This document shows positions 8,404-17,515 of a DNA stretch of 32,000 nucleotides, in pieces (positions within the stretch are counted from its first letter, which is position 1; the number at the start of each line of letters is the position of its first letter). Source of the stretch: Candidatus Baldrarchaeum yapensis (GTDB lineage: Archaea > Asgardarchaeota > Baldrarchaeia > Baldrarchaeales > Baldrarchaeaceae); the NCBI GenBank assembly GCA_016840465.1, contig JAEOSH010000003.1:30001-62000 (forward strand), in the 5' to 3' direction. Below the pieces are notes generated by a model. The model was given only the letters and a program-made list of their open reading frames with translations, was not told the origin of the DNA and made no database searches. A program made the position numbers and the translations under genes.

Positions 8404-8634
8404 TCAGCCAAAGAGTTGCTTGTATGCAAGCTTAATGTCATCAGCAGTTATGGTTTTTCTTCCTGCATGTTCCGCGAGTTCTCTCGCTGCGCTCGCAATC
8501 TTCAATGTGAGGTCCTCTAACAACTCTCGTAACGTCCTAGTAGCGGTCGCACTGACTCTCTCAGCGCCTCCCTTCTTAATCAGTCTCTCTATTGGTGCAA
8601 GTGGGAATAATCTCTCACGAGGCATACCACTCAC
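8404..8634 (-). CDS. Archaeal histone (HMf family, single histone fold)
   Basis: FPLAPIERLIKKGGAERVS...LAEHAGRKTITADDIKLA. Start is GTG 8634 or ATG 8625; GGAGGAG SD. Confidence 0.95.
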   Translation of the reverse strand: MSGMPRERLFPLAPIERLIKKGGAERVSATATRTLRELLEDLTLKIASAARELAEHAGRKTITADDIKLAYKQLFG

Positions 8635-9479
8635 TCCTCCTTGTCTGCTTTCAAATCAACTATACTGCGTTTTTCAATGTGTAGGTTCTATTGGAGTTCT
8701 TTTTAAATCTTACCCTCATTTCCCATTAGAACTCAAGTAGTTGTAGCAAGATATAGCTAATAAGTGGACTCCAACGTTGAAGCCCCCCTCTACTTATATG
8801 CTGATGATGCCCATATCATCAATCATTGGTCGCATCAACCAGCAATCGAATATTATTCAGATGTCAATTATGGTGAGCGCTGATGTCAAATCAAACATGT
8901 AGCCACGTTCTTTCTCTCAAATATATTCTCACATTCAACAAAACAGATAAAAAAGAGAAAGGCATGTTTTAGCTAAATACGATAGTATATATTTGACAAA
9001 CGATCGGATATATTGCAATTTAAAGAAGAGGAGAATATAAAATGTTGAAATGCATCAAATGAGATAACTACCGGAAAACCTCCCCTAAAGTTTTTAACTA
9101 AATACAATTAGGGGCATCGGAGAAATTATCGAGATTTTTGCGCATACTCAAAAAACAATATCGGAATAAATGAATAATTTCAGTAAAATTGCAATATAGA
9201 AGATTTGTGAGCTTTCATACTAAGCATTACCATTTATCAAAATAAGTAATTGCAATTGATTGGTGAATTATTGTAAAATTAAAAATTCCGGCTCCAAATA
9301 TCAAAATCTGATTATTTAGCAATTATTAACGTCTAAACTCACCAGTCGACAATTGCGTACTGACTAGGACTCCAATAATTATTACCTAATTAAAGGTAAT
9401 AGTGTTGAGGTCCACATCATTGCCATCATTACCTTTTGCAATATAAGTGACGGACAAGCATGCACTTCCTCCATGCCCA
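8635..9479. other. 845-bp AT-rich gene-free tract with repeated ATTGCAAT palindromes
   Basis: No ORF of 60 aa or more other than antisense shadows. ATTGCAAT at 9012, 9188 and 9249; CCCCTAA/TTAGGGG inverted repeat at 9082-9114. Confidence 0.6.
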
Positions 9480-11246
9480 TTACTCGGTCTCTATCTTCTT
9501 AAGTTGCATCCTGTACATCTCGACTATCTCACTTGTCGTCGTAGCGTCGTACGGCCCCTTGTCATCTCTCCATCTTCCAGTAAATCGTGGGAATCTCACC
9601 GCAATTCCTGCGTCCTTCTTAATAACCCCCCATGCGCATGTGTGCACGGGACTTAACGTCAACTCATCGCCTATTATTTCGATCACCTTTGCAGGCTCAA
9701 ACCATACGTCGGGCTCAAGTTTTGAATCGACATCTTTGGGTTTTCTGTCCACCTTGTAGGGTTCGAGGATATTAGGTAACGTTTGCAGATCCGCGTCGGT
9801 GAATCCCGAGCCAACCTTGCAAATTGTCTCGAAAACCCCACGGTCAGGGTTGTATACTGCACATAGAAGAGCACCGTAAGTACCTGCACGTTTCCCCTTG
9901 CCTGCGAAGCCTCCGACTATAACAACATCTATTGGCTCCGCCATTTTCGATTGATATGATCTCTTTAGCTTTATCCACAACCATCCTCGTGCCCCAGCTT
10001 GATAAATGCTATCGGATCTTATTGATTTCATAACGAGACCTTCACAACCCGCCTCGATTGCTTGCTCGAAGAACCTCTCTATCTCCTCGACATCATTTGA
10101 AATTATCATCTGAGAGAGGCAGAATCTATCAGTTTCCCTAACTATCTGCTCCAATATCTTTCTTCTCTCGGGATAGGGCTTTGAGGTCAAGTCCTGTCCG
10201 TCAACATAGAGCGCATCGAAGAGGAAGACCTTGACGGGGTACTCCTTCATTGCCTTCTCAATATCATATTTACGCCTTCTGTGCATAAGTTCTTGGAACG
10301 GCAGAAACTCCTCGGTGTCGGGGTTTATTGCAACGATTTCTCCCTCGACGATCGCCTCATCCGCCAGAATATTCTCTCGGATGTACTCCTGTACATCCGG
10401 ATACTGATCGGTTATGTTTTCAAGCCTCCTTGAAAAGATCCAAACCTGATCCCCCTTCTTATGCATCTGTGCTCGCTCTCCATCGTACTTCCATTCGCAT
10501 GCGGCAACTCCGCCCAGTTTACTGAGCACCTCACGCGCCGATGACAACCTTTGGGCAAGCATCGGTCTGATGGGTCTTCCCACCCTTACAGTGAACTTCC
10601 TCAATCCCTCTAATCCTTCCTTCGCTGCAACTCTTGCAACCTCACCCAAGTCACTACATAAGTTGTATGCCCTCTCCACGATCGGTCTATTTCCCTTACC
10701 ACCGGCGAATGCCATTGCAAGTGCATCTAAGATCGTCATATCCGCAATACCAAGTCGCAATCTGCCAGTTACCGTCCTTAAAAGGTATCTTGCTTCCTTG
10801 GGCTTCGCACTAGTGAGCAATCCGGAAAGAAGCTTTATTTTCTGGTCTTGCGCTCCCTCTCCCGATGTTTTTGCAATTTTTTCAAGCGTACTGAACACCT
10901 GGGAAACTGTCAATTCTTTAGCTACAAAAAGCGTCATCTGTTTCTTCATAGAGCTAAGCTTTTCAGCAACCTTACCAAGATCCCCAAGTTTCTTAAATAA
11001 CTCCTCTACATCCCTCAAGGGCTTACCGTAGGCATAAACAAGAGCTCTCATCGCCATTTTCTCGGCAATTCCGAACTCGAGCCCGACAAAGTCAGGGCAG
11101 ATTTTCCCTTGTGTCAGATAAACAACTTTGTCTATTAGATCGGGCGGAGTTTCCTTAAAGAGCGACACTAAAAGGTTCGTCATGTCTATACGACTGCTTG
11201 TCCTCTCTATTTTCTCGTAAAATTCGCAGAGCCTGAGGTACTTCAC
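9480..11246 (-). CDS. lig: ATP-dependent DNA ligase
   Basis: Motif I EWKYDGER, EGEIV, FDAL, EGLVMK, WIKLK, AVRFPRF. GGAGG SD supports GTG at 11246. Confidence 0.97.
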   Translation of the reverse strand: MKYLRLCEFYEKIERTSSRIDMTNLLVSLFKETPPDLIDKVVYLTQGKICPDFVGLEFGIAEKMAMRALVYAYGKPLRDVEELFKKLGDLGKVAEKLSSMKKQMTLFVAKELTVSQVFSTLEKIAKTSGEGAQDQKIKLLSGLLTSAKPKEARYLLRTVTGRLRLGIADMTILDALAMAFAGGKGNRPIVERAYNLCSDLGEVARVAAKEGLEGLRKFTVRVGRPIRPMLAQRLSSAREVLSKLGGVAACEWKYDGERAQMHKKGDQVWIFSRRLENITDQYPDVQEYIRENILADEAIVEGEIVAINPDTEEFLPFQELMHRRRKYDIEKAMKEYPVKVFLFDALYVDGQDLTSKPYPERRKILEQIVRETDRFCLSQMIISNDVEEIERFFEQAIEAGCEGLVMKSIRSDSIYQAGARGWLWIKLKRSYQSKMAEPIDVVIVGGFAGKGKRAGTYGALLCAVYNPDRGVFETICKVGSGFTDADLQTLPNILEPYKVDRKPKDVDSKLEPDVWFEPAKVIEIIGDELTLSPVHTCAWGVIKKDAGIAVRFPRFTGRWRDDKGPYDATTTSEIVEMYRMQLKKIETE

Positions 11247-11560
11247 ATGAATTCCTCCTCTTTTTCCTAGCACTCTCACATATAAACCACAGCAGACAGT
11301 GTTATAAAATGTCCCATTGTGATATTTCGGACTAGAGCAACTTCACACTATTTATTCCTCGCAACCTCTTCTAAAAATTCGTATAACGATTAGCATCCCC
11401 AGGCAGAAGTTTTATACCGCTTTCGTGTAGACCACGTGGTCGTGATTGCACACGTGACGAGCAAATCTTAACCCTTGTCGCCGTGTTGCTCTAATGACGG
11501 AATCGCTTAAATTCACATAGGGTGTTAAAATCACCCTTAGTGCACCCGTGGGTGAGCAGT

Positions 11561-13081
11561 TTGTTGAGGTTTCGTGCTCGTGTGTTAGGGGTACATTTCG
11601 GCGGCAATGTTGTCATTCTAAATCCTGATGACATGGAAGAACTTGAAACTTCGATTAACGAGCGGGTAAGGGTCAAATGTAGTGGCATGGAGTTTTCCGC
11701 AACCGTTTGCGGTTCGCGGCAATTAATACAAAGGGGAGAGGTCGGAATTCCGGAAAATATTGCGACATTTTATGGCATTGCCGATGGGGACATTGTCGAG
11801 GTTCGTCCATCATCAATACCCGCTTCAATAGAGTACATTAAGAAGAAGATCGATGGCAAGTCCCTAACGTACGAGGAGATTTCAAGTATCGTGAAAGATA
11901 TGGTCAGGGGGAACCTCAGCGACATAGAGATAATAGCATTTATTTTGTCGGAACAGTTTCACGGCATGAGCGTAGACGAGATAGAGTATCTTGCGAGGGC
12001 CATTGCGGAAAGCGGAGTACAGGCGGATTTCGAGGAGCCAGTCTATGACAAACACTCCATTGGAGGAGTGCCGGGAAACAAAGTATCGTTGTTGATAGTG
12101 CCAATAGTTGCAGCAGCGGGATTGCTCATTCCAAAAACTAGTAGTAAGGCTATTACAAGCCCGGCCGGAACCGCCGATACGATGGAGGTGCTGGCACCAG
12201 TAGAATTCTCGGTAGAAGAACTCGTGAAAATTGTAAAGAAAACAAAAGGCGCAATAGTCTGGGCAGGAGGTTTAAACATATGCCCAGCAGACGACATATT
12301 TATACGTGTGCAACGACCGTTGATGCTGGATCCGGAACCCCACATGATAGCAAGTATGATGTCTAAGAAAATCGCATTAGGTATCGACTTCCTAGTTATA
12401 GATATCCCTATGGGAAAGGAAACAAAGGTGGAAACGAAAGAGCACGCCATAAGGCTAGCGAGAAAGTTCACGGAACTGGGCGAGAGATTGAATATACACG
12501 TAGAATGTGGGATAACTTACGGCGGTCAACCAGTGGGGCACGCAGTGGGTCCAGCTTTAGAAGCAAGAGAAGCGCTATTGGCACTAGAAGGTAAAGGTCC
12601 TTCGAGTCTTATTGAAAAATCCACTGCTCTTGCCGGAATTCTCTTTGAAATGGGAGGACTTGCGCCGCGTGGGAGAGGAAAAGATCTAGCAAAAAGAATA
12701 CTTGAAAGCGGAAGGGCCTTGAAAAAGATGAGGGAGATAATAGAAGCACAGGGTGGGAATCCGGACATAAAACCCGATGATATTCCGGTAGGAGATCACA
12801 GGGCGGTAATTGAGGCACCATGTGACGGTTACGTGACTGATGTCAGCAACGCGGCGATAACAAAAATCGCAAGAGCCGCTGGTGCGCCCAGGGATAAAGG
12901 CGCGGGCGTTGTGATTCGATATAAACGGGGACATAAGGTGAAAAAAGGTGAACCCATATTGGAAATATATGCCGAAAGGGAGAGCAAGTTATCGGAAGCT
13001 TACTCCCTTGCAGTAAAGCTGAATCCTATAACAATTGAAGGAATGTTGCTCTACAGGTATCCTGACTTTGAGTTCAGTTAA
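11561..13081 (+). CDS. AMP phosphorylase (archaeal thymidine-phosphorylase family)
   Basis: N-terminal double-psi-barrel-like segment, DKHSIGGVPGNK, PKTSSKAITSPAGTAD, QPVGHAVGPALEA, AGAPRDKGAG. GGGTGAG SD supports TTG at 11561 or 11564 (track start 11522). Confidence 0.92.
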   Translation: MLRFRARVLGVHFGGNVVILNPDDMEELETSINERVRVKCSGMEFSATVCGSRQLIQRGEVGIPENIATFYGIADGDIVEVRPSSIPASIEYIKKKIDGKSLTYEEISSIVKDMVRGNLSDIEIIAFILSEQFHGMSVDEIEYLARAIAESGVQADFEEPVYDKHSIGGVPGNKVSLLIVPIVAAAGLLIPKTSSKAITSPAGTADTMEVLAPVEFSVEELVKIVKKTKGAIVWAGGLNICPADDIFIRVQRPLMLDPEPHMIASMMSKKIALGIDFLVIDIPMGKETKVETKEHAIRLARKFTELGERLNIHVECGITYGGQPVGHAVGPALEAREALLALEGKGPSSLIEKSTALAGILFEMGGLAPRGRGKDLAKRILESGRALKKMREIIEAQGGNPDIKPDDIPVGDHRAVIEAPCDGYVTDVSNAAITKIARAAGAPRDKGAGVVIRYKRGHKVKKGEPILEIYAERESKLSEAYSLAVKLNPITIEGMLLYRYPDFEFS

Positions 13082-13704
13082 TCCGCATACTCTTCAAGCT
13101 TTATCCCGTCTTTCGTTATTATCGCTACCTGTATTTTACCTCCCGATGCAGCATCTCGTTTTCTTGCGGCCTTTATTGCACGCTTTGCAAGTTCAACTCC
13201 CTCTTCTATCGACATTCCGTCCCTATACCCGTCCTCCAGTACACCGTAGGCGATCACGCTACCCGAACCAGTCGCCGTGAACTTGTCTTCCTCAATCACG
13301 CTACCGAGAGGATCAAGTGAGAAGAGGTGAGGACCCTCAGAGTCTATTCCACCAACTATCAGTTGTGTTATGTACGGGAATAACCTATTCTGGAATAACA
13401 ACGCGGCAGTCAGATGGGTCACCGATCTGACGCTCGCCTCATGCTCGGTTTCTAACATTTTCAGATTTATATTTGCACGAACGAGCCTGACGAGCTGTTG
13501 GGCGTCCGCAACTGTCCCAGCAATTGTCATTGCAATTCTGTCAGTAATCTTGTGAATCTTGGCCGCTCTCTCGCTCGCAATGAGATATCCCATGGTCGCT
13601 CTCGACTCCGTAGCTAGGATGACTCCCCCATTGCATATTAGGCCTACAGTTGTTGTTCCGCTTTCGAGGACCTGTGGTTGCCTCCTTAAGGGCTCCGAGA
13701 ACAT
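13078..13704 (-). CDS. psmB: Proteasome subunit beta
   Basis: Short propeptide then G|TTTVG, ATESRATMG, ATGSGS, RDAASG. Confidence 0.96.
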   Translation of the reverse strand: MFSEPLRRQPQVLESGTTTVGLICNGGVILATESRATMGYLIASERAAKIHKITDRIAMTIAGTVADAQQLVRLVRANINLKMLETEHEASVRSVTHLTAALLFQNRLFPYITQLIVGGIDSEGPHLFSLDPLGSVIEEDKFTATGSGSVIAYGVLEDGYRDGMSIEEGVELAKRAIKAARKRDAASGGKIQVAIITKDGIKLEEYAD

Positions 13705-13904
13705 AGCACTCGCCTCCCGAACCTGACATATCCTCCGAACGTTTATACCATTCTCTTTAAAATGATGATGGATAGATAACGTTTTTGGAATTTGCCTAAA
13801 TGGAGAGGACAGGAATCCGCCTTAAATCGAATATTTAGACAACGTTAGAATATAACGGCGTTAACCCTAAATATAAGGTCATCACCTATTGTATAGGTGT
13901 TCTG

Positions 13905-14276
13905 ATGATGGAGTTACGAGCGAAGGTCATTGTAGAGGGACTGAGATCGAAAGATATCATAAAGGAGATATTCAATCTGAGCAATTTCGAAACTGACATT
14001 TACTTCTTTTTGTTGAACGGCATATACTTACTAAAAGACATTATAAACCATTTTGACAAGAGCAAAAGTAGTATACAGCGAGCTATTAACTCTTTGATGA
14101 AAAAGAAGCTAGTTGAAAGGGTTGCAATAAACGCAGAAGGGGGTTCCCTCCGATATGGCTATAGAGCGGTCTCGTTGGACGCCCTGAAGGAACGTATAAA
14201 GGAACTTCTCCGGAATTGGTACGCCAAAATCATGGAGGCGACCAAGAGTCTAGAACAAGGCAAGATGAGTCCTTAA
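13905..14276 (+). CDS. Winged-helix transcription regulator (TrmB-like, COG3355-type)
   Basis: FNLSNFETDIYFFLL...KSKSSIQRAINSLMKKKLVER...GG..YGYRA. Confidence 0.8.
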   Translation: MMELRAKVIVEGLRSKDIIKEIFNLSNFETDIYFFLLNGIYLLKDIINHFDKSKSSIQRAINSLMKKKLVERVAINAEGGSLRYGYRAVSLDALKERIKELLRNWYAKIMEATKSLEQGKMSP

Positions 14277-15742
14277 GAAGAACTGAATTCTATAGGAAGT
14301 ATAAAACGTACAAGTACGGCTAGAGCCTTTCTACCCACGGTTGTCGTTCCGGTCTTCGAAATCGAAATAATATCAACGTCCCTGAGTGAAAACCTCTCTA
14401 AACCTTCCACGGAAAGAAGCGATTTTACCAGTGAAAGAGCGGTAGTGTACTTCCTTTTCACACAAGTCCAATAGAACCCCCTATCTGCGTAAGCATCTGG
14501 ATGCTTTCTTAGGAACTCTTTAACATGCTCCTTTGCCCAAACGGGTGGCCCTCTTCTGATAAACGTATCGGGAATCTTAGGTTTTTCGATAAAAAACGCC
14601 ACAGCATAAATGTCCCCATTCTCAAAGTATATTTCAAATATCACCTTGCCAAATCTTTTCTCACCAGTTTCCTCACGTTCCAATATCTTTGTCATATAAG
14701 ATGCGAGCCTGTAGAGTTTATCACGTACAATAACATAATGAACATCACTTTTACATCGAAACTCCACAACTATAGTGTTTTTCCGGAACCGCCTGTGCTC
14801 ATCGGCACTCAATGGTTCTATCGGCTTTCTCAGAAAATAATCCACACGAGGATTCTCAAGGAATTCCTTTATCATCCTCCTAATGTGCAGATATGCACGT
14901 CTATCTATACTAGCGGCAAGATTCCTATTCGGGTCCACGGGATCTATTATTATCAAGAAATCATCCTTGAATCTCGGGTTGCTTTTGAGTTGAGCGGGTG
15001 GTCTATTGAAAAAATCTATAGGTTTTTGCGCAAGTTGATCAAAGTTCAGAAGCACGTTTTCAAATGAACCGTAGTGGTATACCAGTACCTCGGCACTATA
15101 ACCAGTAAAACCACACCTTCCGACCGCGCTCTTATCCCCGTATGCGTGATTTGCAATGAAGAATGCCTTAAGAAGTCTAACATCATTCCGCTGAGCATCA
15201 TTCAGCGCATCCTTGATAAACCTGCTGTGATGTGGTGTTCTGTCCACCGCCGTTATCGGCCCACAGCTCATCAACGCCTCACGGGTTATATAAAAACACC
15301 CGACGATGTCTATGTCAAATCGCCCATAACGCGCTGAAAGGTAAGGGTGCTCGGCATATGCTATCTTAATATCTGAGCATCCCGCCCTGATTGCAGCCTC
15401 TTTAAAGCAGTCCTCAACTATTCTTCCGAAGATTCTCCTTATCTCCTCCGCTCTTTTACGTCTACTCATCTTGAAAATGTGGGAATACGCGGTCGGAGGG
15501 AACTCGACGAAAATGTCGATATCGCTGGCACCTCTAAGTTGGGTCTGTTTGATTCCGGTGCTACCATGTGCCTCCACACCAACGAACTCGTATCCCTTCT
15601 CCTCCAATGTTTTAATGAGGTGGGACTTTAAGCGATCTATGACCCTATTCTGTTCTTCAATCTCTTCTTTCGTCGGTAAAATAAACTTTAAGGCCTGCTC
15701 CTTGACCCTACGTACATCTTCAAGTCTTACCATCACCTTCAA
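14273..15742 (-). CDS. cca: Class I CCA-adding tRNA nucleotidyltransferase
   Basis: GST...T.LRGASDIDIF, YAEHPY, AVDRTPHH, VRLLKAF, GFTGYSAEVLV, IIIDPVDPNRNLAA. Confidence 0.92.
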   Translation of the reverse strand: MKVMVRLEDVRRVKEQALKFILPTKEEIEEQNRVIDRLKSHLIKTLEEKGYEFVGVEAHGSTGIKQTQLRGASDIDIFVEFPPTAYSHIFKMSRRKRAEEIRRIFGRIVEDCFKEAAIRAGCSDIKIAYAEHPYLSARYGRFDIDIVGCFYITREALMSCGPITAVDRTPHHSRFIKDALNDAQRNDVRLLKAFFIANHAYGDKSAVGRCGFTGYSAEVLVYHYGSFENVLLNFDQLAQKPIDFFNRPPAQLKSNPRFKDDFLIIIDPVDPNRNLAASIDRRAYLHIRRMIKEFLENPRVDYFLRKPIEPLSADEHRRFRKNTIVVEFRCKSDVHYVIVRDKLYRLASYMTKILEREETGEKRFGKVIFEIYFENGDIYAVAFFIEKPKIPDTFIRRGPPVWAKEHVKEFLRKHPDAYADRGFYWTCVKRKYTTALSLVKSLLSVEGLERFSLRDVDIISISKTGTTTVGRKALAVLVRFILPIEFSSS

Positions 15743-15814
15743 AGCACCGCACTGGCCTTTTCAGCATCTTTTTATCCCTTTGCTAAAATTAGGCTATGAA
15801 GGAGGTTTGTAAAC

Positions 15815-16573
15815 TTGATGCTTGTGGATGCCCACTGCCACCTCTCGATGGGTCGTCTAGCGAGGAAGTTGCCTGAAGTTATAAAACGAGCAAAGGAAAG
15901 GAACCTTATTGCAATAGTGACCTCTACAATCTCGCCGGAAGACTTCAGCGTAACTAGAAAACTTGTCGAGAAATACAAGGGATACGTCTTCATATCTCTC
16001 GGCCTGCACCCTCCGGGGGTCAATCCAACAACCTTAATGAAAACGATAGAATTGATAAAAAAGCATCAACGAGAAATTGTCGCGATCGGGGAGGTCGGGC
16101 TGGACTACTACTGGGTTAAGGACGAGAAGAGAAGAGAGTTCCAAAGAGCGGCATTTAGAGAATTCATAAAGCTGTCAGATGAGACAAATCTTCCGTTGGT
16201 GATTCACAGTCGCGAGGCCGGCCACGATACTTTTAAAATACTCGAGGAATGTGATGCAAAGAGGGTCATGTTGCATTGTTTTTCCGATTCTACGGACATG
16301 GCAGCATATGCGGTAAAGAAGGGCTGGCTTATCTCGATACCCACAACAGTTACTAGGAGAAAGGTGCATAAAGACGCCGCATCGGTAACACCGCTAGATA
16401 GCATGCTCGTCGAGACCGATAGCCCCTTCTTATCCCCATTCGGTGGAGTGAATGAACCTGCAAATGTGTACTACGCAGTTGAAGCAATAGCACGAATTAA
16501 GGGAGTTGATATAGAGACCGTTGCAAACAAAACATCGGAAAACGCGTTGAAGTTCTTTGAAATAAGCATATAA
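15815..16573 (+). CDS. tatD: TatD-family metal-dependent DNase
   Basis: DAHCH, GLHP, AIGEVGLDY, LPLVIHSR, LHCFS, ETDSPFL. Confidence 0.93.
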   Translation: MMLVDAHCHLSMGRLARKLPEVIKRAKERNLIAIVTSTISPEDFSVTRKLVEKYKGYVFISLGLHPPGVNPTTLMKTIELIKKHQREIVAIGEVGLDYYWVKDEKRREFQRAAFREFIKLSDETNLPLVIHSREAGHDTFKILEECDAKRVMLHCFSDSTDMAAYAVKKGWLISIPTTVTRRKVHKDAASVTPLDSMLVETDSPFLSPFGGVNEPANVYYAVEAIARIKGVDIETVANKTSENALKFFEISI

Positions 16574-16605
16574 GGTTGCAATATTTCTTATTATCATGCA
16601 TTTGC

Positions 16606-17511
16606 CTAAATGGAATGGTACAGCGAAAGCAAGTACTGCGCGTCCTGCTCCTTAAGTGGACTTTCGCAAATTAATGTCCCACCTACTCCTCTTTCCTTTA
16701 GCACCTTTAATACCAGCTCTGGGCTCGGCCTCCCACTTCTGACTTCTAAGTGCTTTTTCTCAGTACCCTCACTTTCACTTATCTGTTTGCCTCCACTACC
16801 GGTGAATGCGTCGAGAGACCATGATGGATACCTTATTATTGAAAACTCGACCCCGGTGAAGTGCATGTGAAGATCAAAGAGAATATCACTCCCAAGGATT
16901 TCCTCTATTTTCTCCAAAACGTGAATGACATCCTCATTGGTCTTAAGTCTGCCACCACTTCGGGCATAAAGATGAGCCCAATCCACAACTAGTGTTACTC
17001 CTTCACAACTGGAAACAACCTCCAGCAGCTCATCTAACTTCCCGAATTGTCTATGCTTTCCCGTAGTTTCAAGTCCAAGGAGAATACCACTAATCTCGCT
17101 CATGACTTCTCTACAGTTCCGAGTAACAATTCTTATGTGATCATCAATACTGATATTCGGCTGATAGCCACCCGGATGGAGAACCACCACTCTACAACCA
17201 AAGTTTTTCGCGATTCGTAAGCATTTTAGCAATCTCTTTTTCCCGTAACTTTTGAACTGCTTTTCGTTCGTGAGACTTATTGTAAACGGTGCGTGCAGCG
17301 AAACGACAACTCCATGATCTTTACAGATAGTTCTAAATTTCTCAAAATATCTCTGCGGAAACACTGGCAATTCGTACTGGTATATGGTGAACGGTATCTC
17401 AAATGCCTTTAACTCAGGAAAATTTTTTACTAAATACGTTAGCCCATTGAGAGGGTCATTCGTGATTAGTGTACCACTCGGGCCGAAACGGAGGAGTGCC
17501 ATCTCGACCAT
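16606..17511 (-). CDS. Endonuclease IV-like TIM-barrel protein (archaeal Nfo family)
   Basis: RFGPSG, SLHAPF.ISL, VVLHPG, GLETTGK..QFG.LDE, VDWAHLYAR, HMHFTG, EKKH, ICESP. Alternative ATG at 17502. Confidence 0.85.
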   Translation of the reverse strand: MVEMALLRFGPSGTLITNDPLNGLTYLVKNFPELKAFEIPFTIYQYELPVFPQRYFEKFRTICKDHGVVVSLHAPFTISLTNEKQFKSYGKKRLLKCLRIAKNFGCRVVVLHPGGYQPNISIDDHIRIVTRNCREVMSEISGILLGLETTGKHRQFGKLDELLEVVSSCEGVTLVVDWAHLYARSGGRLKTNEDVIHVLEKIEEILGSDILFDLHMHFTGVEFSIIRYPSWSLDAFTGSGGKQISESEGTEKKHLEVRSGRPSPELVLKVLKERGVGGTLICESPLKEQDAQYLLSLYHSI

Positions 17512-17515
17512 CTGG

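Noticed and set aside
8802-8883. Box C/D sRNA (TGATGA...CTGA)
   Set aside because: About 82 nt is too long for typical archaeal guides and there are no clear internal D'/C' boxes.
8798-8902. 34-aa ORF MLMMPISSII... on the + strand
   Set aside because: No SD and no recognisable motif; a length expected by chance.
8760-9120. Canonical ORB boxes
   Set aside because: G/C strings are present but the TTCCAxTGGAA dyad is missing and the geometry is wrong.
9382-9480. 32-aa minus-strand ORF coupled to the ligase stop by TAATG
   Set aside because: The coupling is suggestive, but there is no family signal and the length is within chance; it needs Ribo-seq or homologues.
13790-16614. Exact 15-bp repeat ATTTGCCTAAATGGA at 13790 and 16600
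   Set aside because: One such match is roughly expected by chance in 32 kb, and the second copy lies in the last codons of a gene.
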